From positions 21,239 through 85,238 of the IMG/VR virus record IMGVR_UViG_3300032270_001445: a stretch of DNA of 64,000 nt; one strand, 5' to 3'. The notes beneath the pieces were generated by a model, which did not search any database, was not told the origin of the DNA, and worked only from the letters and a program-made list of their open reading frames with translations. Position numbers and translations under genes: made by a program. The DNA is from a virus (Duplodnaviria > Caudoviricetes). Positions 46,609 to 55,471 of this stretch are shown here, piece by piece (the first letter of the stretch is position 1; every line of letters starts with the position of its first letter).

Positions 46609-47013
46609 TTACTTTTTAGGAAACTCCGGAAGTGGGAGCATCGGCGCGACAAGTCTGGCCCAGTGCTCAACCATTCTCTCCGTAGCGTCAAGGTAGTTCG
46701 GCTCGGCGACTGCCCAAGCAATCTTTCCAAGCGGCTCTTCCAGGTTCTCAAATACCCTATCGGTGCGAGAAGAAATAATATGTCCAATCTCGTGACATAG
46801 GACCAAACGCTGTTTCTCTGGTGTCTGGTCAAAAAAGTCGCGCTGAACACGAAGGTCGGCAGAGTTCCTCTGATCAGATACATCTATGTCTGCATGGGCA
46901 TCAATTTCCGCAGCGTCACGAGAGACGGTGATCTCCCACTCTTGGAGCTGGAAAAAGATCAGAGCATTTGCAATCCACTCATCAAGAGACGACCACTTAT
47001 CTACCCGTGTCAT
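46609..47013 (-). CDS. Putative HExxH metalloprotein
   Basis: VLCHEIGH...E. Confidence 0.6.
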   Translation of the reverse strand: MTRVDKWSSLDEWIANALIFFQLQEWEITVSRDAAEIDAHADIDVSDQRNSADLRVQRDFFDQTPEKQRLVLCHEIGHIISSRTDRVFENLEEPLGKIAWAVAEPNYLDATERMVEHWARLVAPMLPLPEFPKK

Positions 47014-47161
47014 GAAACCCCCCTAAACGTTTGTATCATCCTGTGCGCAGGAAAACGCCTCCGCGTTGTGTTGGCAGAGCATAGCAGGGGTGCAAAGGAG
47101 GCGTCTATATGGCATACTTCTGAGTATCTGAATAAGTAAACCCTAGACACTGGAGGACCCC

Positions 47162-47464
47162 TTGATCACCACCCTTGGAGCATCGACCCTTGATTCTGAG
47201 ACTTCCACTGGAAATGTCGTTGTCGACTTCTGGGCCCCGTGGTGCAACCCGTGCAAAACGCTCGGCAAGGAAATAGAGCGGGTCAACGAGTTGCGCCCAG
47301 ACATCAAAATCGTCAAGGTCAACGTTGATGAGCACCCCGACCTTGTGTCGAAGTACTCCATCAGAAGCATCCCGTTGCTGCTGTTCATCAAGAACGGCGG
47401 ATCGCCAACCTCTTCCGTTGGCGTCATGAAGGCTGAGGACATCATCAGAAAGATTGAGTCATAG
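47162..47464 (+). CDS. trxA: Thioredoxin
   Basis: VDFWAPWCNPCK, VNVDE, IRSIP. Confidence 0.92.
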   Translation: MITTLGASTLDSETSTGNVVVDFWAPWCNPCKTLGKEIERVNELRPDIKIVKVNVDEHPDLVSKYSIRSIPLLLFIKNGGSPTSSVGVMKAEDIIRKIES

Positions 47465-47466
47465 GC

Positions 47467-47688
47467 TTGGTAAAGATCACCAGGCTCCCAGGCGCGATTG
47501 AGGTCTGGAAAGTCCAGGTCGGAAAATCGGTAACGCTTGCGATCAGCCCAGAGGAGGCTATCGACTCTGTGATGGCCCAGATCGACAACGCTTCGGTCGG
47601 CATCCAGTGGGTCAACGTTCCTCATGACTTTGATCCGCCCGGATGGGACGGTCGCTTTCCCCGCTTGCCCCCAAGCGCAATAGCGTAA
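47467..47688 (+). CDS. Hypothetical protein
   Basis: Follows trxA; overlaps the ParB 3' end. Confidence 0.35.
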   Translation: MVKITRLPGAIEVWKVQVGKSVTLAISPEEAIDSVMAQIDNASVGIQWVNVPHDFDPPGWDGRFPRLPPSAIA

Positions 47689-48140
47689 AACTTGTGCCCG
47701 CACATTGGGCACTCTGTCTTCTTTTCATCTAGATCCATCGGTGACGGCTCCATCGCCTGTCGCACAAGCCTGTCCATGTCTTCCATGTCGTACCCAGTAG
47801 AGTCAAGCAGTCCATCTACCGCCGTCTCGTAGACAAGCCGTGCAAGAATCTCGTCATCGTAGCCGCCAAGGTCGGACGCCCTGTTGTCCGCAAGAAGGAT
47901 GGCTTTTGCACGGTTGTCGTCAACCTCAGCCCACTGGACCGGGATGTTCTCCATCCCAAGGATAAGCGCAGCCTTCACGCGGTGATTGCCAACAAGTATT
48001 CTTCGCGTTCCCTCTTGGCAGACAACAACGCCGTGCCAACCGTTTTTCTTTATGGACTCTACAATAGCGCCAACGTCGCCCGCCCTTGGATTGTCGGGGT
48101 GGGGCTTAAGCGTTTCGGGGCGTTCATCCGTAATCCGCAT
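47622..48140 (-). CDS. ParB/Srx N-terminal-domain protein
   Basis: LKPHPDNPR...SIKKNGW...ILVGNHRVKAA...LLADNR. Confidence 0.85.
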   Translation of the reverse strand: MRITDERPETLKPHPDNPRAGDVGAIVESIKKNGWHGVVVCQEGTRRILVGNHRVKAALILGMENIPVQWAEVDDNRAKAILLADNRASDLGGYDDEILARLVYETAVDGLLDSTGYDMEDMDRLVRQAMEPSPMDLDEKKTECPMCGHKFYAIALGGKRGKRPSHPGGSKS

Positions 48141-48832
48141 TAGCGATCCTTCGGGAAGCCCTTTTCCTTCCTGGCCTCAAATATCACTCGATCAGCCTTG
48201 TACCGTGCTGGCTCTTCGTTCCTAAGGAGCAGCGCGTCAAGCGACTGGTCCTTGCCAATCCAGTCGTGCTTTACAATCCGGTCAGAAATATAGGTAAGTT
48301 TTCCCAATCCCATGCCAACTTCGCTGTACTCGTTATCCGCGAATACCGAGTCGTACCCTGGATAGTAAATGTACCCAAATCGCTTGTAGTATTCCCGACC
48401 GGCGGAAACTATTGTGCAGTTTTGGTCGTACCCCATGTACTGGTCATTGAGCCATAGCGCGCCATCCGTGTCGGGGAACAGCTCAAAAAGTCTGGTAAGC
48501 ATGACGTCGTCATACCCTTGGGCTGTCGGGATCATGTCGTCCTGCCCGTTAAACACCATGTCCCAGTCGTCGCTGGCCTTATCCATGTCTGCGTTGATTG
48601 CCTCGATCTTCGTCTTGGAGTCGCCATAAAAGTACTTAAGATCCACCCCGCCAGCAATGAGGGCATCCAGGCGATTCCTCACGGGATCGTTGTTCATGGT
48701 GTCGTCGTCGCTGTCCATGGAGATAATGTATTCAATCTGATGCTTTCCAGATGACATTGTTATGTACTTTTGCAGCGTGTCGAAGAATAGTGTTGGTCTC
48801 TGCCTTGTTGGGAACTTAATCAGTAACTTCAT
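48140..48832 (-). CDS. GT-A glycosyltransferase
   Basis: KFPTRQRP...ISMDSDD...KIEAIN...QDD...FADNE. Confidence 0.75.
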   Translation of the reverse strand: MKLLIKFPTRQRPTLFFDTLQKYITMSSGKHQIEYIISMDSDDDTMNNDPVRNRLDALIAGGVDLKYFYGDSKTKIEAINADMDKASDDWDMVFNGQDDMIPTAQGYDDVMLTRLFELFPDTDGALWLNDQYMGYDQNCTIVSAGREYYKRFGYIYYPGYDSVFADNEYSEVGMGLGKLTYISDRIVKHDWIGKDQSLDALLLRNEEPARYKADRVIFEARKEKGFPKDR

Positions 48833-49418
48833 CTTCCTTCTCCTTTGGCTTCACGGTCGGTTGCGGCGATTTGAACTCAGACGACGGGTAGTAGTGATAA
48901 ATTATCCCAGGGGCCTCGCCCTCGGTTGTCAGATGTTTCCGGATCTCCTTTGAGAACTGGTGATCTTCGCCGTGGTTAAGTTCGGGAAATCCAACCATGA
49001 CCGCAAGCTCCCTCCTAATTGCGTTGATGTGATTAGGCGTCCTGAAGTCAACGTCGTCTTTCGTGTACCAACCATCGTGCTTTATTGAATGTGTGAACAC
49101 GCGCTTCTTTCCTTCTGGAGTGTAGATGAATCCGTTAAGGGAGGCGCAGTCGGGGCTACCCTCAAGCGCGGTCATCACCTGCTCGATGTAGTCGTCGCTT
49201 ATCATATCGTCGTCGTCAATAAACGCCACGTAGTCTCCGATTGCGGCGTCTAGCAGCGCGTTCCTCTTTTCCCCAATGGTTTTCTCCCCGTTGTCGGGAA
49301 GGAGCATCATTTCAACTTCAGTCGTTAGCTGATCGATAATTTTTGAGGTAAGCCGCTCGCAAAGCTTGCTCCGATTGTTGAGTGTCGGGATCAGCAGCGA
49401 AAGACGCTTGGCACCCAT
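48816..49418 (-). CDS. GT2-family glycosyltransferase
   Basis: LSLLIPTL...IGEKRNALL...YVAFIDDDD...GED. Confidence 0.85.
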   Translation of the reverse strand: MGAKRLSLLIPTLNNRSKLCERLTSKIIDQLTTEVEMMLLPDNGEKTIGEKRNALLDAAIGDYVAFIDDDDMISDDYIEQVMTALEGSPDCASLNGFIYTPEGKKRVFTHSIKHDGWYTKDDVDFRTPNHINAIRRELAVMVGFPELNHGEDHQFSKEIRKHLTTEGEAPGIIYHYYPSSEFKSPQPTVKPKEKEDEVTD

Positions 49419-50402
49419 TTATCCCTGCACCCTCTTTGAGGCGACCTGGTCATAAATCCAGGCATATGTTTTCTCCATCCCACTGCGAAGAGAAACAGAT
49501 GGCTGCCAGCCAAGAAGGTTTTGAATCTTTGTGTTGTCGCTGTTCCTTCCGCGAACGCCCTTTGGTGCGTCTAGGTTGTAGTTTCTATTGAGCTTTACGC
49601 CAGCAATATCCTCGACAACCGAAACGAGCTGATTTATTGAGACAAGCTCTGATGACCCGAGGTTGAGCGGCTCACTTACGTCAGACTGCATGATCTTAAA
49701 AATTCCCTCAATGCAGTCGTCAATGTACATGAACGACCTGGTCTGTTCTCCGTCGCCCCAAATCTCAATCTCATGCTTTCTGCCGATGACCGCCTCTGCG
49801 ACCTTTCTTGATATTGCAGCGGGGGCCTTCTCCCTTCCGCCAGACCACGTTCCGTTTGGCCCGTAAACGTTGTGGAATCTTGCAACTCTTGTTTGCAGCC
49901 CATAGTCTTCCATGAAGTGTCGAGCCATCCGCTCGGAGAAAAGCTTTTCCCATCCGTATCCGTCTTCGGCCATTGCTGGATACGCATCCTCTTCCTTGAG
50001 CGCGGTGACATCGGTGTCGGTCTGCTTATCGGCGGCGTAAACACAAGCGCTTGATGAATAGAAGAATCTCTTTACCCCCGCATCTCTTGCGGCGACAAGC
50101 ATGTTGGTGCTTGTAAGGACTGAAAGCATGCACGCTGCCTTGTTGTGCTCGATGAAGCCCATACCGCCCATGTCCGCGGCAAGGTTGTACACCTCGTCGG
50201 CACCCTCAACGGCTTTCTTGCAGTTTTCTGGCAGGGATAGGTCAGCGTTTCCGAACGATGCGGCAAGCTTGTGGATTTGCTCCCATTCGGAAAGCGGCTT
50301 CTTGTCAACGGCAAAGACCTGGCCTTCGTCTCGCTCCACAAGGGCGCGGACTAGCCAGCCACCAATAAAGCCGCCTGCGCCGGTTACGACAATTCGCTTC
50401 AT
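49419..50402 (-). CDS. NAD-dependent epimerase, GDP-mannose 3,5-epimerase-like
   Basis: GAGGFIG, NLAADMGGMGFI, YSSSACVY, YGWEK, REKAPAA, WGDGEQTRSF. Confidence 0.9.
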   Translation of the reverse strand: MKRIVVTGAGGFIGGWLVRALVERDEGQVFAVDKKPLSEWEQIHKLAASFGNADLSLPENCKKAVEGADEVYNLAADMGGMGFIEHNKAACMLSVLTSTNMLVAARDAGVKRFFYSSSACVYAADKQTDTDVTALKEEDAYPAMAEDGYGWEKLFSERMARHFMEDYGLQTRVARFHNVYGPNGTWSGGREKAPAAISRKVAEAVIGRKHEIEIWGDGEQTRSFMYIDDCIEGIFKIMQSDVSEPLNLGSSELVSINQLVSVVEDIAGVKLNRNYNLDAPKGVRGRNSDNTKIQNLLGWQPSVSLRSGMEKTYAWIYDQVASKRVQG

Positions 50403-50432
50403 AGGCGGCATTATACACACCGCCAGGTTTAG

Positions 50433-50978
50433 TTATTGCACAGGCTCGATAGTGATTCTCATAATGCCATTCCCAAGCGGAAGACCAAGGGCGGTAAACG
50501 CCTCGGGGGAAAGGTCAATGATCTTGTCGTCCGAGGCCTTGTCCGACCCCCCGCGACACCCGCACCAGTCAGTAACCGTGACGAGAATTTGCTTTCCGGT
50601 TTTACGTGAGGTAATCAAAAGAACGGGTCTTTCACCTGAGGCGGCGAGGTCCTGCCAATACCCCGACCCGCCAATCTCAGTTGAGTAAAACCTTTCAATA
50701 AATCTCCTTAATCGCGGACCTGCGGCGCCATAAAACTTTACTGGCTCGCCCCACTTTGTGTCCTGCGTATACCAGGCAAAGTTTCTCGTTGCGTCAAACC
50801 AACTTGCAACGCCATCAATTGAATCTTCTGCCTCACAGGGATCAAAGCAGGCGTCGTTGTACCACGTATCACGCGGGCCACTGTAGGCAAGTACGTTCTG
50901 CGCAGGGACCGGCACTCCGACGATGGTGATACCCACCGCAATGATTGCCGCCCGAAGAGCTTGCGCAATTAATGGCAA
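50433..50978 (-). CDS. Secreted RlpA-like double-psi beta-barrel protein (lytic transglycosylase/expansin-like)
   Basis: Signal peptide; GVASWF...VTVTDWC...IIDLSPEAF. Confidence 0.7.
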   Translation of the reverse strand: MPLIAQALRAAIIAVGITIVGVPVPAQNVLAYSGPRDTWYNDACFDPCEAEDSIDGVASWFDATRNFAWYTQDTKWGEPVKFYGAAGPRLRRFIERFYSTEIGGSGYWQDLAASGERPVLLITSRKTGKQILVTVTDWCGCRGGSDKASDDKIIDLSPEAFTALGLPLGNGIMRITIEPVQ

Positions 50979-51184
50979 ACTACTGTCATCTCCCGCTTAA
51001 TTATTTCTGCCTCGATCTTGTCGATGCCACTAAGCGCGTCGCTTAGATATTTAGCCTGTACGTTTTCTCCCTCTTCGTCAAGATATGCAACCCAGCTAAA
51101 CATCAGCGCTCGCTGCCTTAGCGTCTGCCTGATCTCCTTGTTGCTCATCTTTCCGATGGGCCGCCTACTGCTGTGGTTTTCCAT
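50969..51184 (-). CDS. Hypothetical protein
   Basis: GAGGAGG RBS. Confidence 0.5.
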   Translation of the reverse strand: MENHSSRRPIGKMSNKEIRQTLRQRALMFSWVAYLDEEGENVQAKYLSDALSGIDKIEAEIIKREMTVVCH

Positions 51185-51503
51185 TTTTTTCCTCCTCTTC
51201 GTAAAATGCAAGCCAGATCGCCATCGCCATCGCCTTGCACTTTGAATATGCGCCGTCTTTGTCGGCATAAATGCTTGGGTTTATCTCCATGGCAACGCAT
51301 AGGGCTTCAAGAAATTCTGCGTGCCAAACACCGGCAACAATCTTGCCCTCGGCTTCATGTGTTCTCGAAAGCTGGGCGATAAAATCTTTCGGCCAGCCGC
51401 CCTTGGTGTAAAACGACGGGTCAACAATCTCCCGCCAGTTATCTCCGACGGTCATTTGTGCCTCAGTCGCTTGCATGATCTGCAAGGCTTCGACCTTATT
51501 CAT
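51165..51503 (-). CDS. Hypothetical protein
   Basis: ORF directly downstream of the tRNA. Confidence 0.55.
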   Translation of the reverse strand: MNKVEALQIMQATEAQMTVGDNWREIVDPSFYTKGGWPKDFIAQLSRTHEAEGKIVAGVWHAEFLEALCVAMEINPSIYADKDGAYSKCKAMAMAIWLAFYEEEEKNGKPQQ

Positions 51504-51524
51504 TCATGAAGCATACCACAAGAT

Positions 51525-51600
51525 TGGCGCCGTCGACAGGAATCGAACCTGCGACCAAGGGCTTAGAAGTCCCCTGCTCTATCCACTGAGCTACGACGGC
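51525..51600 (-). tRNA. tRNA-Arg(UCU), CCA encoded
   Basis: GCCGTCG TAGCTCAGTGGATAGAGC A GGGGA-CTTCTAA-GCCCT ... GGTTCGATTCC ... CGACGGC G CCA (76 nt). Confidence 0.9.
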
Positions 51601-51631
51601 GCGAGCGGCTCTCTTCATTGCCGCTGCGTTG

Positions 51632-52084
51632 CTATTTTCCCCCGCGAGCAACAAGCTCGTAGGCTGCGCTGCCAACGAGGAAGTGGCTTACGCCCAACTC
51701 TTTGGCAATTCTTCCAATCGGCTTGCGACATTCTGCCGCCGCCCTGACCGCATCCAGAAGCGGAACGTCCAACTTCTTTGATCGGAACGTTTGGCGATTT
51801 CTATTTTCGCCGTACTTCTCAACGTCAGCGCGAAGATACATCACCCTCGGCCTTCCGCCATTCGGTCCCTGGCCAGCGCCAGTCTTTTTCCATCCGTATC
51901 GTCGCGCCGCCTGAACTGCTGCGGAGTAGCTAACTCCTAGCATTTGGGCTGCGTCCGCGATGCTAACCATCTTCTCGGTAGTCATCAAAAACTCCCTTCT
52001 TTCCTTCAGGTCATCCATGCCTGACTTCCTAAAGGTAGCGAACTCAGTGAGGCTTGTCAAACTGGCTCTTACATTGACATTCAC
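51632..52084 (-). CDS. HTH DNA-binding protein (start may be downstream, MTTEKMVSI)
   Basis: VSIADAAQMLGVSYSA...; second HTH IGRIAKELGVS. Confidence 0.65.
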   Translation of the reverse strand: MNVNVRASLTSLTEFATFRKSGMDDLKERREFLMTTEKMVSIADAAQMLGVSYSAAVQAARRYGWKKTGAGQGPNGGRPRVMYLRADVEKYGENRNRQTFRSKKLDVPLLDAVRAAAECRKPIGRIAKELGVSHFLVGSAAYELVARGGK

Positions 52085-52133
52085 TCAATAGCCGTCAACG
52101 GGGGAAAAAGGGTAGGGATAAAGGGGGAAGAAG

Positions 52134-52350
52134 GATCACGGAGGTATCTTAAAGAACATGAGGTATGAAATACCGAATGTTCTTAAGATACCGTAGTGAT
52201 CGGTTAAAGTATCCTGATGGTTCCTGAGGTACGTAGTACCGAAGGAACAAGAAGGATATCTTTAACCGTAAGATTACGGTTAATCCAAAGAATACTGTTA
52301 CCGTGGTAACTATGTTCTTAAGAGTTATTCGGTTCTGGTTACTTTAGAAC
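52134..52350. other. AT-rich nested inverted-repeat element
   Basis: Two long bulged hairpins and two short ones (see findings); TTGACA-16-TACAAT at 52388>52361 points into it. Confidence 0.65.
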
Positions 52351-52369
52351 AATAGAGAGGATTGTAGCG

Positions 52370-52534
52370 GTGGAAAACGACTTGTCAAGGGATAAACCAG
52401 AAGTTGTGTTGGATGATATTAATCAAGAAGACATGGTCAGAGTGTGTCTGAACTGCGGGAAGCAAATGATTGAACAGAAATGCAAGCTTATCTGCGACTG
52501 CGGCTACTACGCCTCATGCTCGGACTACTACTGA
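52370..52534 (+). CDS. Small Zn-finger protein (CxxC...CK.xC.xCGY..SCSD type)
   Basis: Manual translation ...VCLNCGKQMIEQKCKLICDCGYYASCSDYY. Confidence 0.65.
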   Translation: MENDLSRDKPEVVLDDINQEDMVRVCLNCGKQMIEQKCKLICDCGYYASCSDYY

Positions 52535-52606
52535 TTTGCACCGATTTGAGATTGCGTGTAGACTCCCCACAGGCGGCATGTCTCCGCAAAAGATTTGGGG
52601 GAATTT

Positions 52607-52975
52607 ATGAGAAAAGGAAGACCAATACTCGTGGACGGCTGGCTCGTTCAGCAGGTGCTGATGCACCGCTCGCCGCCAGAGGTAAAAACAATTACCGAGG
52701 CGTGCAAGTTGCTTGCAAATGGGTATGGGGTGACTCCCGAAACTCTGAGATGCTATGCGTCTTCAGGGATTCCTGAAAGATCAAAGCTTGTGAGAAAGAT
52801 GCTTGATGATTACGCCAAGGTTGAGGCGCACAATAGCTCGGAGATCTTCAAGATTAACGAAATGGAAAACGAGCTACTTGGTTCTCTGGCGCGAGTCGCG
52901 GAATCGTTTGCCGAAGCCAGCAGAACTCTTGAATCGCTAAAGAATTCGATTGAAAGAAGGGAGCGAAGGGCATGA
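52607..52975 (+). CDS. Putative DNA-binding protein with coiled-coil tail
   Basis: GYGVTPETLRCYASSG HTH-like. Confidence 0.55.
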   Translation: MRKGRPILVDGWLVQQVLMHRSPPEVKTITEACKLLANGYGVTPETLRCYASSGIPERSKLVRKMLDDYAKVEAHNSSEIFKINEMENELLGSLARVAESFAEASRTLESLKNSIERRERRA

Positions 52976-53649
52976 TTGCAGATGACTTGATTCCATTGGC
53001 TACGCCAATTGAAAGCCTAAAGTCTTGGGAAAAGAACCCGCGAAGGGGAAACGTTGACGCGGTCGCAAGGTCGCTTGCACGGTTTGGTCAGCGGAAGCCG
53101 ATCATCGTAAACAGGGGGACAGGCGAAGTGATCGCTGGAAACCATACGTTTGCCGCAGCGAAGCAACTCGGCTGGAAGCAGATTGCAGTCGTCTGGGTTG
53201 ATGACGACGAGCAGACCGCAACCGCCTTTGCCCTTGCCGACAACCGAACGCAGGACCTGGGGTCTTACGACGAGGACCTTCTTGAAGACCTGATTAACAG
53301 CATCAAGGAGCAGGATCTATTCCTTGCGACTGGGTACGGTGAAGAGGTCGGGGATGGCCCCGAGACGGCGATGCCTTATCAGCACAACGTACAGATTCCT
53401 GAGATCTCTGACCCGAACGCTATGCGAACCGAAATGACTGACGGAATTGACGGGTCAATTTCCCAGCGTCCAGCACCACCGCTAGATCCAAACATGGCGA
53501 TGCTTGTCAAGATTGGCGGGATTGAATTGCGGCTGGCAAGGGAAGAGGCCGAACCGCTTGTGATGGCGTACCGAAGGTACGTGGAAAAGAAGGGGACGGC
53601 AACTGGGTTTTTCCTTTGGCTCGTAGACGGGAAGGATACTCCGGAGTGA
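52972..53649 (+). CDS. Second ParB/Srx N-terminal-domain protein
   Basis: WEKNPRRGNV...FGQRKPIIV...IAGNHT...ALADNRT. Confidence 0.85.
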   Translation: MIADDLIPLATPIESLKSWEKNPRRGNVDAVARSLARFGQRKPIIVNRGTGEVIAGNHTFAAAKQLGWKQIAVVWVDDDEQTATAFALADNRTQDLGSYDEDLLEDLINSIKEQDLFLATGYGEEVGDGPETAMPYQHNVQIPEISDPNAMRTEMTDGIDGSISQRPAPPLDPNMAMLVKIGGIELRLAREEAEPLVMAYRRYVEKKGTATGFFLWLVDGKDTPE

Positions 53650-53796
53650 GTAGCCGCCCGATGGAAAAGGAGGAAACCACCGGGCGGCAGGGCCATAGGC
53701 CCGACGGCGAAGCGTGGGCGACGCCGTCCTCAGCATTGTTTCAGGTTAAAAACACAATGTCAATGCTCGTTCACTTTGCTGTGTTATGCTTAGGTT

Positions 53797-54009
53797 ATGG
53801 CAGTGAAGACAGCAGCAAACAAGTCCGGCCCAGCCTCGGCGGTAAAGAAAACCGCAAGGGTGTGCTCGGCGTGCGGCTCAGTGCTGATGTCAAACGCGAT
53901 TTATTCTTATCGGGAGATAACGTTTACCGATAAGTCGGCAAAGTCTAGGATGAGGTACACCTGTAAAGATCATGCCAAGAGAGCAGGAGACGCGGGAAGT
54001 AAAAAGTAG
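53797..54009 (+). CDS. Basic Zn-binding protein
   Basis: CSAC...CKDH; TATGCT 6 nt upstream. Confidence 0.6.
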   Translation: MAVKTAANKSGPASAVKKTARVCSACGSVLMSNAIYSYREITFTDKSAKSRMRYTCKDHAKRAGDAGSKK

Positions 54010-54172
54010 TCCGATCTACCCCAGGTGTGGAATCTGCCACATCAGGAAGCAAGATTGCGTAAATCTTGGCTCTGACAGCGGGAATGGTTGGTCCAATAAG
54101 ACCATCTGTGCAGAATGCCTGCCGATGGCAACAAGGAGGAGGAAAGTAAATGGGACAGGAGATTCTCGGTAG
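53972..54172 (+). CDS. Zn-finger microprotein
   Basis: CGIC...CAEC. Confidence 0.45.
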   Translation: MPREQETREVKSSPIYPRCGICHIRKQDCVNLGSDSGNGWSNKTICAECLPMATRRRKVNGTGDSR

Positions 54173-54341
54173 CGTCCTAGTTATTTGGCTGCTGGTGATG
54201 GCGTTTTTTAACGGATCACTGGCGATTAGCATGGCAAGAAAGCCAGACGATGAAGGGGCCACCTTCGCCGTAGGGACGGCAATATTCTTCTTTTTCGGAT
54301 CTACAATCGCGGCAGTGTGGATTTGGAGGGCGATACAGTGA
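54150..54341 (+). CDS. Two-TM membrane protein
   Basis: GAGGAGG RBS; two hydrophobic helices. Confidence 0.6.
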   Translation: MGQEILGSVLVIWLLVMAFFNGSLAISMARKPDDEGATFAVGTAIFFFFGSTIAAVWIWRAIQ

Positions 54342-54685
54342 AGAAGCAGGAAACGTTTCAGGACGTCTTTAGGGGGCTTTTTTCTGAGTCCTTTAGTCTG
54401 CTTGTTGAGAGACAGGCAAAGTATGGAAACCTAAACATTCAGCAGCTAGGATTACACGGGGTCATGAGCAGGATTGCCAACGACAAAATGTCCCGAGTAA
54501 TGAAGAGTTTGAATGGCAAGATTGTCGATGGTCAAGTCGTTCTTGACCCTATAGATGAGTATAAGGACGAGGCGTTTGAAGACGCGCTGATCGACATAGC
54601 CAACTACGCCCTAATTGCTATCTCCCTGAAGCGCGGGACCTGGGGAATGCCACTTGAGGCTGACGACAAGGAGCTTGTCAAGTGA
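54338..54685 (+). CDS. Nucleotide-modification-associated domain 1 (DUF1599-like)
   Basis: RQAKYG...SRIANDKMSR...EDALIDIANYALI. Confidence 0.75.
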   Translation: MKKQETFQDVFRGLFSESFSLLVERQAKYGNLNIQQLGLHGVMSRIANDKMSRVMKSLNGKIVDGQVVLDPIDEYKDEAFEDALIDIANYALIAISLKRGTWGMPLEADDKELVK

Positions 54686-54861
54686 GTACAACATCTGCAA
54701 CAAAGAAGAACCGCTACGACGTCATTCACGTTGGACTGCACGGAACCGACTGGATTGCAATCATTTGGGACAAGCGTGAAAAGAGAATTGCAGGTAGTTC
54801 TGTTGGCAGGAATCTCGACGAGGTCGTCAAGGCATGCGTGGAGATAATTAGCAGCCTTTAG
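54682..54861 (+). CDS. Hypothetical protein
   Basis: GTGA overlap; manual translation. Confidence 0.45.
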   Translation: MSTTSATKKNRYDVIHVGLHGTDWIAIIWDKREKRIAGSSVGRNLDEVVKACVEIISSL

Positions 54862-54900
54862 GCTGGTATCCGTGGCTACTTCCTGGTGTACAATCGCACC

Positions 54901-55278
54901 ATGGACGATTTAGAGGAATCCTTGGTTTGGTCGACTTCCGGGACGGAAGAGTCAAGGCTCTTCTACGAGTCCTCAATGAAGTCGCTTGCCAAGAGGTATG
55001 CGTCAAGATCTGAAGAAGAGATCGCTGGCGAAATGGTTGCCAAAGTTTTCCAATGGCTTTCAGTTGCCATAGACGCGTATGGCAGGGAGGGCGAAATTGA
55101 TGACATTGTCGTTAGGTGCCAGGTCCCAAGGGAGACCGGTGGGATATGGGCTTTTGACGTAAGGTTTATGATTAACGGGAGAAGCTCACAGGTTCTGGCC
55201 GCAGCGCGGACTATAAGAGAAGTAGGCGACAGCCTAAGCAGGGAGATCAGTGGCATCGTCAAAGACGTCATCCGGTAG
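54901..55278 (+). CDS. Hypothetical protein
   Basis: TACAAT 6 nt upstream. Confidence 0.55.
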   Translation: MDDLEESLVWSTSGTEESRLFYESSMKSLAKRYASRSEEEIAGEMVAKVFQWLSVAIDAYGREGEIDDIVVRCQVPRETGGIWAFDVRFMINGRSSQVLAAARTIREVGDSLSREISGIVKDVIR

Positions 55279-55471
55279 GGCGGCAAAGAGAATCGCCTCC
55301 GCAGTGTCTCAGGCGCTTACCGAGGACTACAGAAAGGCTCCGGGCAAGGTTGACACCATGTCCAGACTTTCCTACGTGCTTGGCCTCCAGAAGGCGCTTG
55401 AAATCCTTATGGAGGAGATTAAGGCGGAGGGCAAGGGTTTCGACGCCAAAAACGATCTCACTAAAAACTAA
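55250..55471 (+). CDS. Hypothetical protein
   Basis: YVLGLQKALEIL. Confidence 0.5.
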   Translation: MASSKTSSGRAAKRIASAVSQALTEDYRKAPGKVDTMSRLSYVLGLQKALEILMEEIKAEGKGFDAKNDLTKN

